Positions 32,886 through 42,793 of a stretch of DNA of 64,000 nt are shown here, piece by piece. The notes below the pieces were generated by a model. The model was not told the DNA's origin and ran no database searches. It worked only from the letters and a program-made list of their open reading frames with translations. Made by a program: the position numbers and the translations under genes. The DNA lies in the NCBI GenBank assembly GCA_963734495.1, contig CAVTHK010000016.1, positions 64,001-128,000 of the forward strand. The letters run 5' to 3'. Source of the stretch: an uncultured Spirochaetota bacterium. Its GTDB lineage: Bacteria > Spirochaetota > Spirochaetia > SZUA-6 > CAVTHK01. Numbering within the stretch: position 1 is the first letter of the stretch; each line of letters opens with the position of its first letter.

Positions 32886-33048
32886 GCGACGAGCCTTTAT
32901 ATTATGCGCGGCCCGCGGGAGCGGCGGTTCCCGGACCCGCCTGGGACAGGGAACAAGCCGATCGCGCGACGCTCGACTTCATCGACCGGATCGTCATGGA
33001 GCTCGACGCCCGACGGGCGGCCGCAGGTAACGGAAAAGGGAGGATGGG

Positions 33049-33207
33049 ATGAAGCGCTACGTCTGCCAGGTCTGCGGTTACGTCTACGATCCCGCAGTGG
33101 GCGATCCGGACAATGGAATCGCGGCCGGCACGGCGTTCGAGGACCTGCCCGACGACTGGGTGTGCCCGGACTGCGGGGCGTCAAAGGATCAGTTCGAGGA
33201 AGAGTAG
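33049..33207 (+). CDS. Rubredoxin (52 aa, absent from the ORF track)
   Basis: [60 protein letters not shown]. Confidence 0.97.
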   Translation: MKRYVCQVCGYVYDPAVGDPDNGIAAGTAFEDLPDDWVCPDCGASKDQFEEE

Positions 33208-33293
33208 CAGCGCCGTTCACGCGGCCGCGGCGGGCGTGGCCGGGCAGCTCAGGCGGGCGGGGGAGACCGGCGCCTCGGCACCATGACCGCGCC

Positions 33294-33584
33294 CTACTGA
33301 TCCGCTTTGTGGTCGATCCTGTCGCGATGCGCGTCGCACAGGCGGTAGAGACGCCCCGTCCGCGGGTTGCGGCTCGTCACCCTGTTTCCGCAGATAACGC
33401 ACAGCCCCTGGTCGCGTCGCCGTCGGTACAGCCGTGAGAACCTCTCCGCGCCCGAAGCCCGGAACTTGCTGATCTGGACGCGGAGCCCGCGAAACAGGTA
33501 CGTCCCGATAGACTGCTCGGAGCCTTCCTTGAGATTGTCCAGAATCCCTTTGAGCCTGTCCGTGGTCAGTCTGCGGGGTTCCAT
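33294..33584 (-). CDS. Small basic hypothetical protein with a CxxC-x17-CxxH motif
   Basis: RBS AGGAGG upstream; GLCVICG...YRLCDAHR. Confidence 0.7.
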   Translation of the reverse strand: MEPRRLTTDRLKGILDNLKEGSEQSIGTYLFRGLRVQISKFRASGAERFSRLYRRRRDQGLCVICGNRVTSRNPRTGRLYRLCDAHRDRIDHKADQ

Positions 33585-33767
33585 GATTTGTGCCGGCGCC
33601 TCCTGATCCTGCTCCCGATTATAGTGCAGGGCCGCGGACGATTGCCAACACGACGGCCCAAGACGCGACGGCGGACGCCGGGCAAGCCCGGCCAGCGCCG
33701 GCCAAGCCCAGCTAAACGCTGGGCTAAGCGTTGACCGTTTCGCGGTTCGTTATTAGACTCCTTCCGC

Positions 33768-34259
33768 ATGCAAATAGTGACTCTGGGCCATCCCATCCTG
33801 CGCCGCCAATCGGAAGCCGTCGCGGACATCGACGGCACGCTCGAGCGCTTCGTTCAGGAGATGATCGAGGCGATGCACGCCGGCCGGGGGATCGGCCTGG
33901 CCGCCGTCCAGGTCGGAAGCCTCATCCGCGTGTTCGTGACGCACGTGCCGGACGACGAGCCGCGCGTGTTCATCAACCCTCAGATCGTCGAGACGTCGGT
34001 CGACCAGTGGAAATATGAAGAAGGCTGCCTCAGCATCCCCGGCCTGAACGCCGACGTGGTGCGGCCCGCCGCAGTCAAGGTGCAGGCGTGGAACGCCAAG
34101 GGCCGGCCGTTCACGATCGACGTCGAAGGCCTGCTCGGCCGCGTCATCCAGCACGAGTACGATCACCTCGACGGGGTGTTGTTCGTCGACCGCATCTCGA
34201 AGGCCAAGCGCGAGCGCCTGCTCAAGGGGTACGACCCGCAGAAAGCCCTCGCGCGATGA
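33768..34259 (+). CDS. def: Peptide deformylase
   Basis: GIGLAAVQVG, EGCLS and QHEYDHL motifs; promoter TTGACC-N17-TAGACT ends 8 nt before the ATG. Confidence 0.97.
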   Translation: MQIVTLGHPILRRQSEAVADIDGTLERFVQEMIEAMHAGRGIGLAAVQVGSLIRVFVTHVPDDEPRVFINPQIVETSVDQWKYEEGCLSIPGLNADVVRPAAVKVQAWNAKGRPFTIDVEGLLGRVIQHEYDHLDGVLFVDRISKAKRERLLKGYDPQKALAR

Positions 34260-35197
34260 GGGTGCTCTTCGCCGGCACCCCGGAGATCGCAGTTCCGGCC
34301 CTGGCGAAGGTGGCGACAGCACACGAGGTTTGCGCGGTTCTCACCAATCCATCGCGCGAGGCGGGCAGGAAGAGGCGCGAGACCGCCCCGCCCGTGCAGG
34401 CCGCGGCCGAGGCGGCGGGCCTGCCGGTGCTCCAGCCCGAGCGCCTCGATGCCGCTGTCCGCGGCCGCGTGAGCGATCTGCGCCCCGACGTGCTGGTCGT
34501 CGTCGCGTACGGCCGCATCTTCGGGCCCAGGTTCCTCGCGCTGTTTCCGCGCGGCGGCATCAACCTTCATCCTTCACTTCTTCCTCTTTACCGGGGGCCA
34601 TCGCCCATCCAGGCAGCGCTGCTGGCGGGCGACACCGAGACGGGCGTCAGCATCCAGCGGCTGGCCGCCGAGGTGGACGCAGGCGACGTGCTCGCGCAGG
34701 CGCGCGTCGCGATCGGCGAGCACGAGACGGCGGTGGAGCTCTCGGCGCGGATGGCTGGGATCGGCGCGGCGCTGCTCCTCGACGTGCTCGAGCGGATGGC
34801 GGCGGGCCCGGTCGAAGGGCGGCCGCAGGACCCGGCGCTCGCGACCTTCTGCCGCCTCATCGAGAAGGATGACGGCCTGGCCCGCTGGAGCGACAGCGCG
34901 CGGGCGATCTACAACCGCTACCGCGCTTTTCAGCCCTGGCCGGGGCTGTTCACCACGTTCCGGGGGCAGCAGCTCGGGATCCAGGGCTGCCGGCCGGCGG
35001 ACGACGCGGCGGTGATCTCGACCGGCCCGCCGGGGCGTGTGGTCTCCATGGACAGGGCCAGCGCGCTTCTGGTACAAACAGGGTCTGGGCTGCTTCGCGT
35101 GACTGAGTTGCAGCTCCAGCAGAAGAAGGCGATGGACGCGAAGAGCTTTGTCAACGGGCACCGCGACATCCTGGGCGCAGTCCTGGGAGGTGAGTGA
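34256..35197 (+). CDS. fmt: Methionyl-tRNA formyltransferase
   Basis: MRVLFAGTP, VVAYG, NLHPSLLP.YRGPSP and DAGD motifs; ATGA overlap with def. Confidence 0.96.
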   Translation: MRVLFAGTPEIAVPALAKVATAHEVCAVLTNPSREAGRKRRETAPPVQAAAEAAGLPVLQPERLDAAVRGRVSDLRPDVLVVVAYGRIFGPRFLALFPRGGINLHPSLLPLYRGPSPIQAALLAGDTETGVSIQRLAAEVDAGDVLAQARVAIGEHETAVELSARMAGIGAALLLDVLERMAAGPVEGRPQDPALATFCRLIEKDDGLARWSDSARAIYNRYRAFQPWPGLFTTFRGQQLGIQGCRPADDAAVISTGPPGRVVSMDRASALLVQTGSGLLRVTELQLQQKKAMDAKSFVNGHRDILGAVLGGE

Positions 35198-35198
35198 G

Positions 35199-36227
35199 AT
35201 GCGCGAGATCGTCGAGAGGATGCGCAAGCTGCTGCCCCGGCGCCAGGATCGCGTCGAGGAGCGGCACTTCAAGGTGACGGTGCTGCTCGTTCTCGGGGCC
35301 GTGCTCGCGATGCTGACCATTGCGCTGGTCACGTTTGGCGTGACCATCAAGGGCACGGAGCAGGTGCTGGTCCCCGACGCGGTCGGCGGCGATGGCCACA
35401 GGCTGGACCTCGTCTCCGCCATGGTCAAGCTGCAGGAAAAGGGACTGTACGCGAGAGTGCAGCTGCGCCACTCCTCGAGCCTGCCCAAAGGCATCGTCAT
35501 GGACCAGCGGCCGCGCGCCGGCGCCGTGGTCAAGGCCGGCCGCCGGGTCGTGCTCACCGTGAGCCGCGGCCCCGTGGTGGAGCAGATCGGCAACTACGTG
35601 AAGAAAGACCTCGCCGTGCTCCGCGCCGAGCTGCAGTCGCTGTTTCCGGGCGACGAGGAGCGGCTGATCCAGGTCCGTGACCCCGTGATGTTCGTCTACA
35701 ACGAAGCCGACCCCGGGACGATCCTCCGCCAGAGCCCCGCCCCTGGCACGCAGGTGCGCGAGGGCGAAGTCACCTACCTCGACCTGGTCGTGAGCCGTGG
35801 CCCCCAAGGCAAAGTCTTCGCGACCGCCAACTACCTCGGCAAGGCGTTCGACCAGATCATGAACGATCTCGCGCAGGCGGGCCGCCCGTTCACGTTCTCG
35901 GTGCGCAAGCCTCAGGGCAACGAGGCCGGCGGCGTCGTGGTCAAGCAGATCCCCGCGCCTGGCGAGGACGCTCCGGAGAACACGGTCATGCTCCTCACGA
36001 TCACGGAGCCCAAGAAGGTCGACAAGGGCAAGGTGTTCGGGGTCTTTACCGCGGAGATCGTCCGCTACCCGATCCTCGTCAAGATGGATCTCGTGGAGCG
36101 CACCAAGGGCGGCGACCGCGTCATTGTGTCGATGCGCCACCCGGGCGGCCAGATCGGGATTCCGTACATCATGGACGAAGACTCCCAGCTCGTCTTCTAC
36201 GTCAACGGCCAGGAGTGGAAGAAGTAA
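35199..36227 (+). CDS. PASTA-domain membrane protein
   Basis: N-terminal TM then three PASTA-like units (G.V..Q.P..G). Confidence 0.85.
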   Translation: MREIVERMRKLLPRRQDRVEERHFKVTVLLVLGAVLAMLTIALVTFGVTIKGTEQVLVPDAVGGDGHRLDLVSAMVKLQEKGLYARVQLRHSSSLPKGIVMDQRPRAGAVVKAGRRVVLTVSRGPVVEQIGNYVKKDLAVLRAELQSLFPGDEERLIQVRDPVMFVYNEADPGTILRQSPAPGTQVREGEVTYLDLVVSRGPQGKVFATANYLGKAFDQIMNDLAQAGRPFTFSVRKPQGNEAGGVVVKQIPAPGEDAPENTVMLLTITEPKKVDKGKVFGVFTAEIVRYPILVKMDLVERTKGGDRVIVSMRHPGGQIGIPYIMDEDSQLVFYVNGQEWKK

Positions 36228-36298
36228 GGTTGAAGGAAGGCGGGCGCGGCCGGCGCGCCGTCGGCCGCGGTGCGCCGGCGGCGCGCCGCGATTTCGCG

Positions 36299-36327
36299 TT
36301 GACAGCGGCCCCGGCGTCTGTTATCGT
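36299..36327 (+). promoter_or_regulatory. Sigma70 promoter of tRNA-Gly
   Basis: TTGACA-N17-TATCGT with extended TG. Confidence 0.7.
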
Positions 36328-36339
36328 AAAGTCAGTTTC

Positions 36340-36411
36340 GCGAGCGTAGTATAATGGTTATTACGCGGGCTTCCCAAGCCTGAGACGAGGGTTCGATTCC
36401 CTTCGCTCGCT
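36340..36411 (+). tRNA. tRNA-Gly (CCC)
   Basis: Acceptor stem GCGAGCG/CGCTCGC, anticodon arm CGGGC-TTCCCAA-GCCTG, T arm GAGGG-TTCGATT-CCCTT; CCA not encoded. Confidence 0.97.
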
Positions 36412-36418
36412 GATAAGT

Positions 36419-36457
36419 AAGCCCCGATGGGATAAGGTCCCATCGGGGCTTTTCTTT
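36419..36457 (+). terminator. Intrinsic terminator after tRNA-Gly
   Basis: GCCCCGATGGGA-TAAGG-TCCCATCGGGGC followed by TTTTCTTT. Confidence 0.9.
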
Positions 36458-36673
36458 CCGAGGACGGTCACTGCCCACGTGCGCCGGCGCCGTGTCTGAC
36501 TTCACATTCGACTTGAGTGAGTCTACCGGAATTGCCGACAAGGATCCTGGCCGCGATCCAGCACGTGCTTCAAGCACTCGTGGGCAGTTCTGCCATGACC
36601 AGGCGGCAACGGCGCAGGTCACTGCACCGGGTATGGACCAGACTGGAAGCGGCGGACGTATCTGTGGTATCTG

Positions 36674-37084
36674 CTACTGATTCAAACCGGGCCGACGCAC
36701 GAGGTCGCTCGGAGTGATAACGCGCGCAGTCCCGTAGGTGCGGGCAGGGAAATGTTTCACGTTTCCAGTCACGAGGAACTGCGCTGCGCCGGCGATGGCA
36801 GCCTCCGCGAACGGACGGTCGCCGTCATCAGGGAGTCTGAGTTGAGTCGGGCGTGCCGCTACGGGCATACCGGCGGCCTCGATGTGGTCCATTAGCGTTG
36901 CCACGAGGCGGGGATCGAAACGAAATCGACGTCGGGCCAGGACGGCGCGATACTCTGCCAGGATCCTGGCGTCGTAGCACACCTGCAGATCTCCAACCGA
37001 GATCATCCGCAGGATCTCTGCCGGAGGCCCAAAGGGTGAGAGCAGCCCTGATACGAGTACGTTTGTATCCAGCACGATCTTCAC
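36674..37084 (-). CDS. PIN-family putative toxin (TIGR00305-like)
   Basis: MKIVLDTNVLVSGL, ILAEY, D..D.PF and LVTGN.KHF motifs. Confidence 0.9.
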   Translation of the reverse strand: MKIVLDTNVLVSGLLSPFGPPAEILRMISVGDLQVCYDARILAEYRAVLARRRFRFDPRLVATLMDHIEAAGMPVAARPTQLRLPDDGDRPFAEAAIAGAAQFLVTGNVKHFPARTYGTARVITPSDLVRRPGLNQ

Positions 37085-37371
37085 TTGCGACGCTGCCTGC
37101 GCCTGACGGCGCGTACTTCCGTCTCGATGTCGCGTGAAGTCAGCTTGTCGGTCCCCAGGCGCAGAGATCTCGTCTGGAGTGCACTGACGGCCCGGATGGC
37201 TCTGGCGGTGCGCAGCGCAGCCAGGTTGTCTTCAAGCTGATCGCCTGAGGTAGGGGTTAGGATGGCGACAGGCTTGCCGTTGGAGGTGATTACGACCTCG
37301 TTGTCCTTGCGCAGGCCCTGGAAGACCCTCGCGGCTCGGCTGCGAAACTCTCGCACTCCTATGAAACGCAT
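37081..37371 (-). CDS. Phd/YefM-family antitoxin
   Basis: MRFIGVREFR...VVITSNGKPVAIL; RBS GGAGG; 4-nt overlap with the toxin. Confidence 0.9.
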   Translation of the reverse strand: MRFIGVREFRSRAARVFQGLRKDNEVVITSNGKPVAILTPTSGDQLEDNLAALRTARAIRAVSALQTRSLRLGTDKLTSRDIETEVRAVRRRQRRK

Positions 37372-37397
37372 ATGCGCCTCCAATCGGTTACCGGAAA

Positions 37398-37436
37398 GGT
37401 ACATAGGATGTTACCGTCTCCTATCGCCGAAGTCAA
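37398..37436 (-). promoter_or_regulatory. TA operon promoter with an imperfect palindrome over -10/+1
   Basis: TTGACT-N17-TAACAT on -; GGTAACAT-CCT-ATGTACC overlaps the -10 box. Confidence 0.55.
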
Positions 37437-37888
37437 CTGCGGGCGGCCCATAGGGGAAAAGGTCGCGAACAATAATGTAGAGCGAACGATACTCCTGCGT
37501 GAAACGCGAGGAGAAGCAGTACTTCGCACCGGACAACTCGACGGCAGATCTTTACGCCACGGTCTGGTCGCCGGCCGCTGTCAGCCGCAGCCAGACGACC
37601 CGCAGGGGCGTGAGCGACGGCCCGCGGTAAGTCCGACAAACCGGTGAGCAACGGCGGGTAGAACAGGAGCGAAGGCGCGAGCCTGGAACTGGAAAAGGGT
37701 ATACACTGATGAAGACGGATGATCTGATGCCTTTGAGCAGATACAGTCTGCGCTGAGGATCGTTCGGTCGCTGACGACTGAGAGTCAGCAAAAGCGTTGG
37801 GCGGGCGGCCCGACAATGCGGCGCGCGCGACGGTCCGGGCGCTCGAGAGCGTGCAGACCGCACCGCGTGCGCGCTGGAGGAGAACGAG

Positions 37889-38080
37889 ATGGGCGACGGC
37901 AACAGGGGCGGAGGCGCCACGGCGGGCGCGGGCGCGGTATACGGGCTCGGCTTCATCGGAGCGGCCGTCTACTTCATCGGCCACGCTTCGACGTTCTGGA
38001 TCGGTGTGCTCGGCTTTCTCAAAGCGCTCGTGTGGCCTGGCTTCGTGGTCTACGCGCTCATGAAGCACCTGGGCATGTGA
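37889..38080 (+). CDS. Small conserved-looking two-helix membrane protein (63 aa)
   Basis: RBS GGAGG; AVYGLGFIGAAVYFI..A.TFW.GVLGFLKALVWP. Confidence 0.75.
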   Translation: MGDGNRGGGATAGAGAVYGLGFIGAAVYFIGHASTFWIGVLGFLKALVWPGFVVYALMKHLGM

Positions 38081-38372
38081 GCCGCGTCGCGATGTCGCCG
38101 CGGCCGCCATGGCGCGCCGGCCGTTGACTGCCTTCACCCTGATCAGACCTTGAAAATGAAGGTCGGGACCCGCCCACCTCGCGCGCCGCCCACTTCACGC
38201 CCTGCGCGCGTATCTCGCGGCCCGGACCGTCGTCCGGCCCGCAGCACCGACGCGGTTGAAGTACTCGACCGCCGAGCGGGGTGGGTCAAGACAATTCGGT
38301 GTGATTGGCGAAACTCAGTAACAAGAATGTATGGAAGTGAAGGCGTCCCCGGCCCGCTCTGGTCGCTGCGGA

Positions 38373-38877
38373 TCAACTTGCAGGTGCGCCGCCGGCTCTC
38401 TGGTCGGCCGCAAGGCGCTTCACCATCAGGATTTCCGCGATCCCGCGGACCGCAAAATCGGGAAGCTCGCCGCGCCGCCTGTAGCCGTGCTTCTCGTAGA
38501 AGGCGATGGCGCCCGCGTTGAAGTCGGAGACGAGAAGGCAGTAGTCGCGCCCCACCTGGGCGGTGCGCCGCTCGAACTCGGCGAGCAGGGCGGCGCCGAC
38601 GCCGCGGCCTCGCTCTTCGCGCCGCACCGCGATCAGCTTGAGGTATGGCGCCATCGAGAACGCGCCGTGCGGCTCGACCCACGCGAAGCCGAGCACGCGG
38701 CTCTGCGACCTCGGCGACGACGAGCTCCGGCCCGGCGATGGCCATCGCGCGCGACAGGTTCGCTTCCATCGTGGCAGCGACGAAACCGTAGCGCTCGCCG
38801 ATCTCTGAGTCGCAGGCGATGCGCGCGCACTCGCCAATGTCGCGCGGCTCCATGGACCGAATGGTGACCTTCATCAT
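38373..38877 (-). CDS. GNAT N-acetyltransferase (frameshift near 38700)
   Basis: N-terminus [14 protein letters not shown] in one frame; IAV...[10 protein letters not shown] and [12 protein letters not shown] in another. Confidence 0.8.
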
Positions 38878-39879
38878 GATTCTCCGTAGAGAAGGCAGGC
38901 GACCTCGTGCCCCGCCTCGACCTCGCGAAGGATCGGCGTCACCGTCGCGCATCGCGGCATCGCCTCGGGGCACCGCTCGCGGAAGGGACAGCCCGCACGC
39001 TCGGCCGACGGCGAAGGCACGTCCCCTTTCAGGATGATGCGCTTGCGCGCGCGCTCCTTTTGCGGGGTCGGGCACGGGGACGGCTGAGAGCAGCGCCCTG
39101 GTGTATGGGTGCAGGGGCGAGCGGTTCAGGCTCGCGGCGCCGGCGGTCTCGACGATCCTGCCGAGGTACATGACCGCGATCCTGTCGCAGAAATACTCGA
39201 TGACCGCGAGGTCGTGGGCGATCAGGAGAAAGGTGAGGCCGAGCTCCTTCTGCAGGTCCTTGAGGAGGTTGAGGATCTGCGACTGGATCGACACGTCGAG
39301 GGCGCTCACGGGCTCGTCGGCCAGGATCAGCTTCGGGCCGAGCGCCAGTGCGCGGGCGATGCCGATTCGCTGCCGCTGCCCGCCGGAGAACTCGTGGGGA
39401 TAGCGTCCCGCGAAGGAGGCGGGGAGGCCGCAGCGCTCCATGAGCGACAGTGTCCTCTCTGTGATCGTCTCCGTCGTGGCGTCGATGATCCCACGCCGCG
39501 CGTAGATGCGCAGGGGCTCGGCGACGATGTCGGCTGCGCGCATGCGCGGGTCCAGCGACGAGTAGGGGTCCTGAAAGATGATCTGGAACCCCATGCGCGC
39601 CTCGCGCAGGCGGGCAGGCGGCAGCGAGCCGAGGGTCCTGCCCTCGAAGAGCACCTCGCCGGATGTCGCGGGCTGGAGCTGCGCGATGGCCATGGCGGTG
39701 GTGGACTTGCCGCAGCCCGACTCGCCGACGAGGCCGAGCGCCTCGCCCCGCCGCACGCGGAAGCTCACGCCGTCGACCGCGCGCACGGAACCGACGCGTC
39801 GCTTGAGGATGATCCCCCTCTCTATCGGGAAGTGGACCTTGAGGTCCCTGACTTCGAGGAGCGTGTCGGCTTCAGCCAT
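38874..39879 (-). CDS. oppF: Oligopeptide-type ABC transporter ATPase OppF/DppF (frameshift near 39055)
   Basis: [18 protein letters not shown] and ADEPVSALD motifs; tail GCPFRERC...[11 protein letters not shown] in a shifted frame. Confidence 0.88.
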
Positions 39880-40924
39880 CGCTGCGCTCCGTCGCGTCGG
39901 AGACGTGGAGCCAGCAGCTCACCGTTCTCGGGGCGCGGCCCTTCAGTCTTGTCTCCGGTGGATATTCCCTGGCGCAGACGTCCATCGCTTTGGGGCAGCG
40001 CGGCTGGAAGGGGCAGCCCGGGGGCATGTCGACCAGATCCGGCGGCGAGCCGGGGATCGAATAGAGCCTGTCCGAGCCGGAGCGGTCGACCCTCGGTATC
40101 GAGTCGAGGAGGGCCCTCGTGTACGGGTGCCTGGGGTCGTAGAACAGATCGTCGACCTGGGCGCGCTCGACGATGCGGCCCGCGTACATGACGCACACCG
40201 CGTCGCACATGCCCGCCACCACGCCGAGATCGTGGGTGATCATGATCACAGCCGTGCTGTCTCTGCTCGACATGCTGCGGATGAGCTCGAGGATCTGGGC
40301 CTGGATCGTCACGTCGAGGGCGGTCGTCGGCTCGTCGGCAATGAGGATGTCCGGCTTGCAGCTCAGGGCCATTGCGATCATGACGCGCTGCTGCATGCCC
40401 CCGGAGAACTGGTGCGGGTAGTCGTTGGCGCGACGCTCGGCGTCGGGGATGCCCACGGCCTTGAGCAGCTCGACGGCCGTGGCGCGCGCGGCTCGCCTGC
40501 CGAGGCCGTGATGGAGACGGATCGCTTCGGCTATCTGGACCCACACGCGGAGCACGGGGTTGAGCGAGGTCAGCGGGTCCTGGAAGATCATCGATATGCT
40601 GCCGCCCCTGACGAGGCGGAGCTGCTCCTCGTCGAGCGCGAGCAGGTCGCGCTCGAGGGAGTCGCGGCCGCGGTAGATCACCCTGCCGGCGGCGATCCTG
40701 CCCGGCGGATCGGGCACGAGCCTCAGCACCGAAAGGTTCGTGACGGTCTTGCCTGAGCCGGATTCGCCCACGAGGCCCAGGGTCTCGCCGCGGCGCAGCT
40801 CGAACGAGATCCCGTCGACGGCCCTGACCGTTCCCCGGTCCGTGCGGAAGCGCGTGACCAGGCCTTCGACCCGGAGGATGGGGGAGTCGGCGGGCGCGGG
40901 GGCGTGGACGGTGGGGTCGCTCAT
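39872..40924 (-). CDS. oppD: Oligopeptide-type ABC transporter ATPase OppD/DppD
   Basis: [26 protein letters not shown] and GCPFQPRC motifs. Confidence 0.92.
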   Translation of the reverse strand: MSDPTVHAPAPADSPILRVEGLVTRFRTDRGTVRAVDGISFELRRGETLGLVGESGSGKTVTNLSVLRLVPDPPGRIAAGRVIYRGRDSLERDLLALDEEQLRLVRGGSISMIFQDPLTSLNPVLRVWVQIAEAIRLHHGLGRRAARATAVELLKAVGIPDAERRANDYPHQFSGGMQQRVMIAMALSCKPDILIADEPTTALDVTIQAQILELIRSMSSRDSTAVIMITHDLGVVAGMCDAVCVMYAGRIVERAQVDDLFYDPRHPYTRALLDSIPRVDRSGSDRLYSIPGSPPDLVDMPPGCPFQPRCPKAMDVCAREYPPETRLKGRAPRTVSCWLHVSDATERSDG

Positions 40925-40929
40925 GGCCT

Positions 40930-41760
40930 CTACCTCACGTTCCTCAGGCGGGGATCCAGGATGTCTCTGAGCCCGTCGCCCAGGAGGTTGAAGCCGAGGA
41001 CCAGGAAGACGATGGCCAAGCCCGGATAGACGGCCGTCCACGGCGCGAGCATCATCAGCTTCCGCGCCGAGGCGAGCATGTTGCCCCAGGATGGGTAGGG
41101 AGGCTGAATGCCGAGGCCGAGAAAGCTCAGCGCCGACTCGAGGAGTATGGCCACGGACAGCGACAGCGAGACCTGCACGATGAGCGGGACCGCGATGTTC
41201 GGGAGCAGGTGGCGAAAGAGCACCCCGGCCGGGCTCGCCCCGTTGGAGAACGCGGCTCGCACGAAATCCTGCGACTTGATCGAGAGGATCGCCCCCCTGC
41301 TCACGCGCGCGAATTGAGGGATGTAGACGATCCCGATCGCCAGGATCACGTTGTAGGTGTTCTCGCCGAGGACGGCCATTACAAAGATGGCGAGAAGAAG
41401 CGAGGGGAAGGAAAACAACACGTCAGCGACGCGCATGATCCAGTGGTCCCAGCGCCCCCCGAGAAAGCCGGCCCAGATGCCCATGACCGTGCCGACGATT
41501 GCGCCCAGTGCCGTTGCCCCGAGGCTGATGAGCAGCGACACGCCGCAGCCCTTCATGATGCGGGACAGCATGTCCCGCCCGAACTCATCGGTGCCGAGCA
41601 GGTGACCGCTGGCCAGCGAGGGAGGCTCCAGGATGCGCTGGAGATCCATCTTGACGGGATCGAACGGCAGCCAGAAAAAGGAGAGCAGAATCACCGCCAG
41701 GTAGGCACCGACCAGGGCGAGCCCGGTCACCGCTATCGGGTTGCGGAGAAGGCGCGACAT
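40930..41760 (-). CDS. oppC: Oligopeptide-type ABC permease OppC/DppC
   Basis: [11 protein letters not shown] and [16 protein letters not shown] motifs. Confidence 0.92.
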   Translation of the reverse strand: MSRLLRNPIAVTGLALVGAYLAVILLSFFWLPFDPVKMDLQRILEPPSLASGHLLGTDEFGRDMLSRIMKGCGVSLLISLGATALGAIVGTVMGIWAGFLGGRWDHWIMRVADVLFSFPSLLLAIFVMAVLGENTYNVILAIGIVYIPQFARVSRGAILSIKSQDFVRAAFSNGASPAGVLFRHLLPNIAVPLIVQVSLSLSVAILLESALSFLGLGIQPPYPSWGNMLASARKLMMLAPWTAVYPGLAIVFLVLGFNLLGDGLRDILDPRLRNVR

Positions 41761-41762
41761 CG

Positions 41763-42725
41763 CTACACCCTCGGCCTGTCCAGCCGGATCCGGGGATCGG
41801 CTGACCCGTAGACGAGGTCTGTAGCCAGGTTCACGAGGACAAAGATCGACGCGATGACGAGCACGATGGCCTGGATCACGGGATAGTCGCGCTGGTAGAT
41901 CGCGTAGAGAGCAAGCCGGCCCATGCCGGGGAGGGCGAAGACCTCTTCGATCACGATCGCGCCGCCGAGGAGATAGCCCGTGTTGAAGCCCGCGACCGTG
42001 ATGACCGGGAGGATGGCGTTCCGGAGGGCGTGGCGCAGGATCACGGCGCTGCGCTTGAGGCCCTTCGCCTTCGCGGTCCGGACGTAGTCCGACTGCAGGA
42101 CCTCGAGCATGCTGTTGCGCGTGTAGCGCATGATGACGGCGGCGAGGCCTATGCCGATCGCGAGCGAAGGCAGCAGGAGCATCCGCAGGTTCCTGATCGG
42201 GTCGGCTGCGAAGCTCACAAAGCCGCCCATCGGAATCCAGCCGCGGAAGCCGGAAAACGCAAGCACCATGAGGGCAGCGAGCCAGAACTGCGGCAGCGAC
42301 AGCCCGAGGAGGCCGATCACGCGGATCGAGATGTCCATCAGCGGCTTCTGCCGCAGCGAGGAGAGCACGCCGAGCGGGATCCCGATCGCAAGGGCGAGGA
42401 TGAGAGCCAGCAGGGTGATCTCGATGCTCAAGGGGAGGCGGCTCAGGATATCGGGAAGGACGGACCTGCCGGTGCGGAGGGAATAGCCGAAGTCGGCCTT
42501 CAATATTCTTCCTAACCACTCCAGGTAGAGAACGGGCACCGGCTTGTCCTCTCCGAAGAGCCGCTTGAGCTCCACCATCTGCTCGGGCGTCGCCTCGACC
42601 TGTGTCCCGAGAAACATCTGCAGCGCCGAGCCGGGGACGAGGCGGATGAGAAAGAACACGATGATCGAGACGCCAAGGAGGACGGGGATCAGAGAGAGAA
42701 GCCTGCTGGCGATGTATCGGCCCAT
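41763..42725 (-). CDS. oppB: Oligopeptide-type ABC permease OppB/DppB
   Basis: DFGYS, DYVRTAKAKG, EEVFALPGMG and DPRIR motifs. Confidence 0.93.
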   Translation of the reverse strand: MGRYIASRLLSLIPVLLGVSIIVFFLIRLVPGSALQMFLGTQVEATPEQMVELKRLFGEDKPVPVLYLEWLGRILKADFGYSLRTGRSVLPDILSRLPLSIEITLLALILALAIGIPLGVLSSLRQKPLMDISIRVIGLLGLSLPQFWLAALMVLAFSGFRGWIPMGGFVSFAADPIRNLRMLLLPSLAIGIGLAAVIMRYTRNSMLEVLQSDYVRTAKAKGLKRSAVILRHALRNAILPVITVAGFNTGYLLGGAIVIEEVFALPGMGRLALYAIYQRDYPVIQAIVLVIASIFVLVNLATDLVYGSADPRIRLDRPRV

Positions 42726-42793
42726 ATCGCGGCAGAGCCGGCGCCCGTCCCCGATCCGTCACGATCCGGGGAAGACGCCGGCTCCTCTGTCTG

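Noticed and set aside
36380-36411. att site of an integrated prophage or ICE at tRNA-Gly
   Set aside because: No integrase, phage or conjugation genes, and no second copy of the tRNA 3' end seen in the window
37707-37745. Hammerhead ribozyme (CTGATGA core)
   Set aside because: No stem II followed by GAAA and no convincing stems I/III
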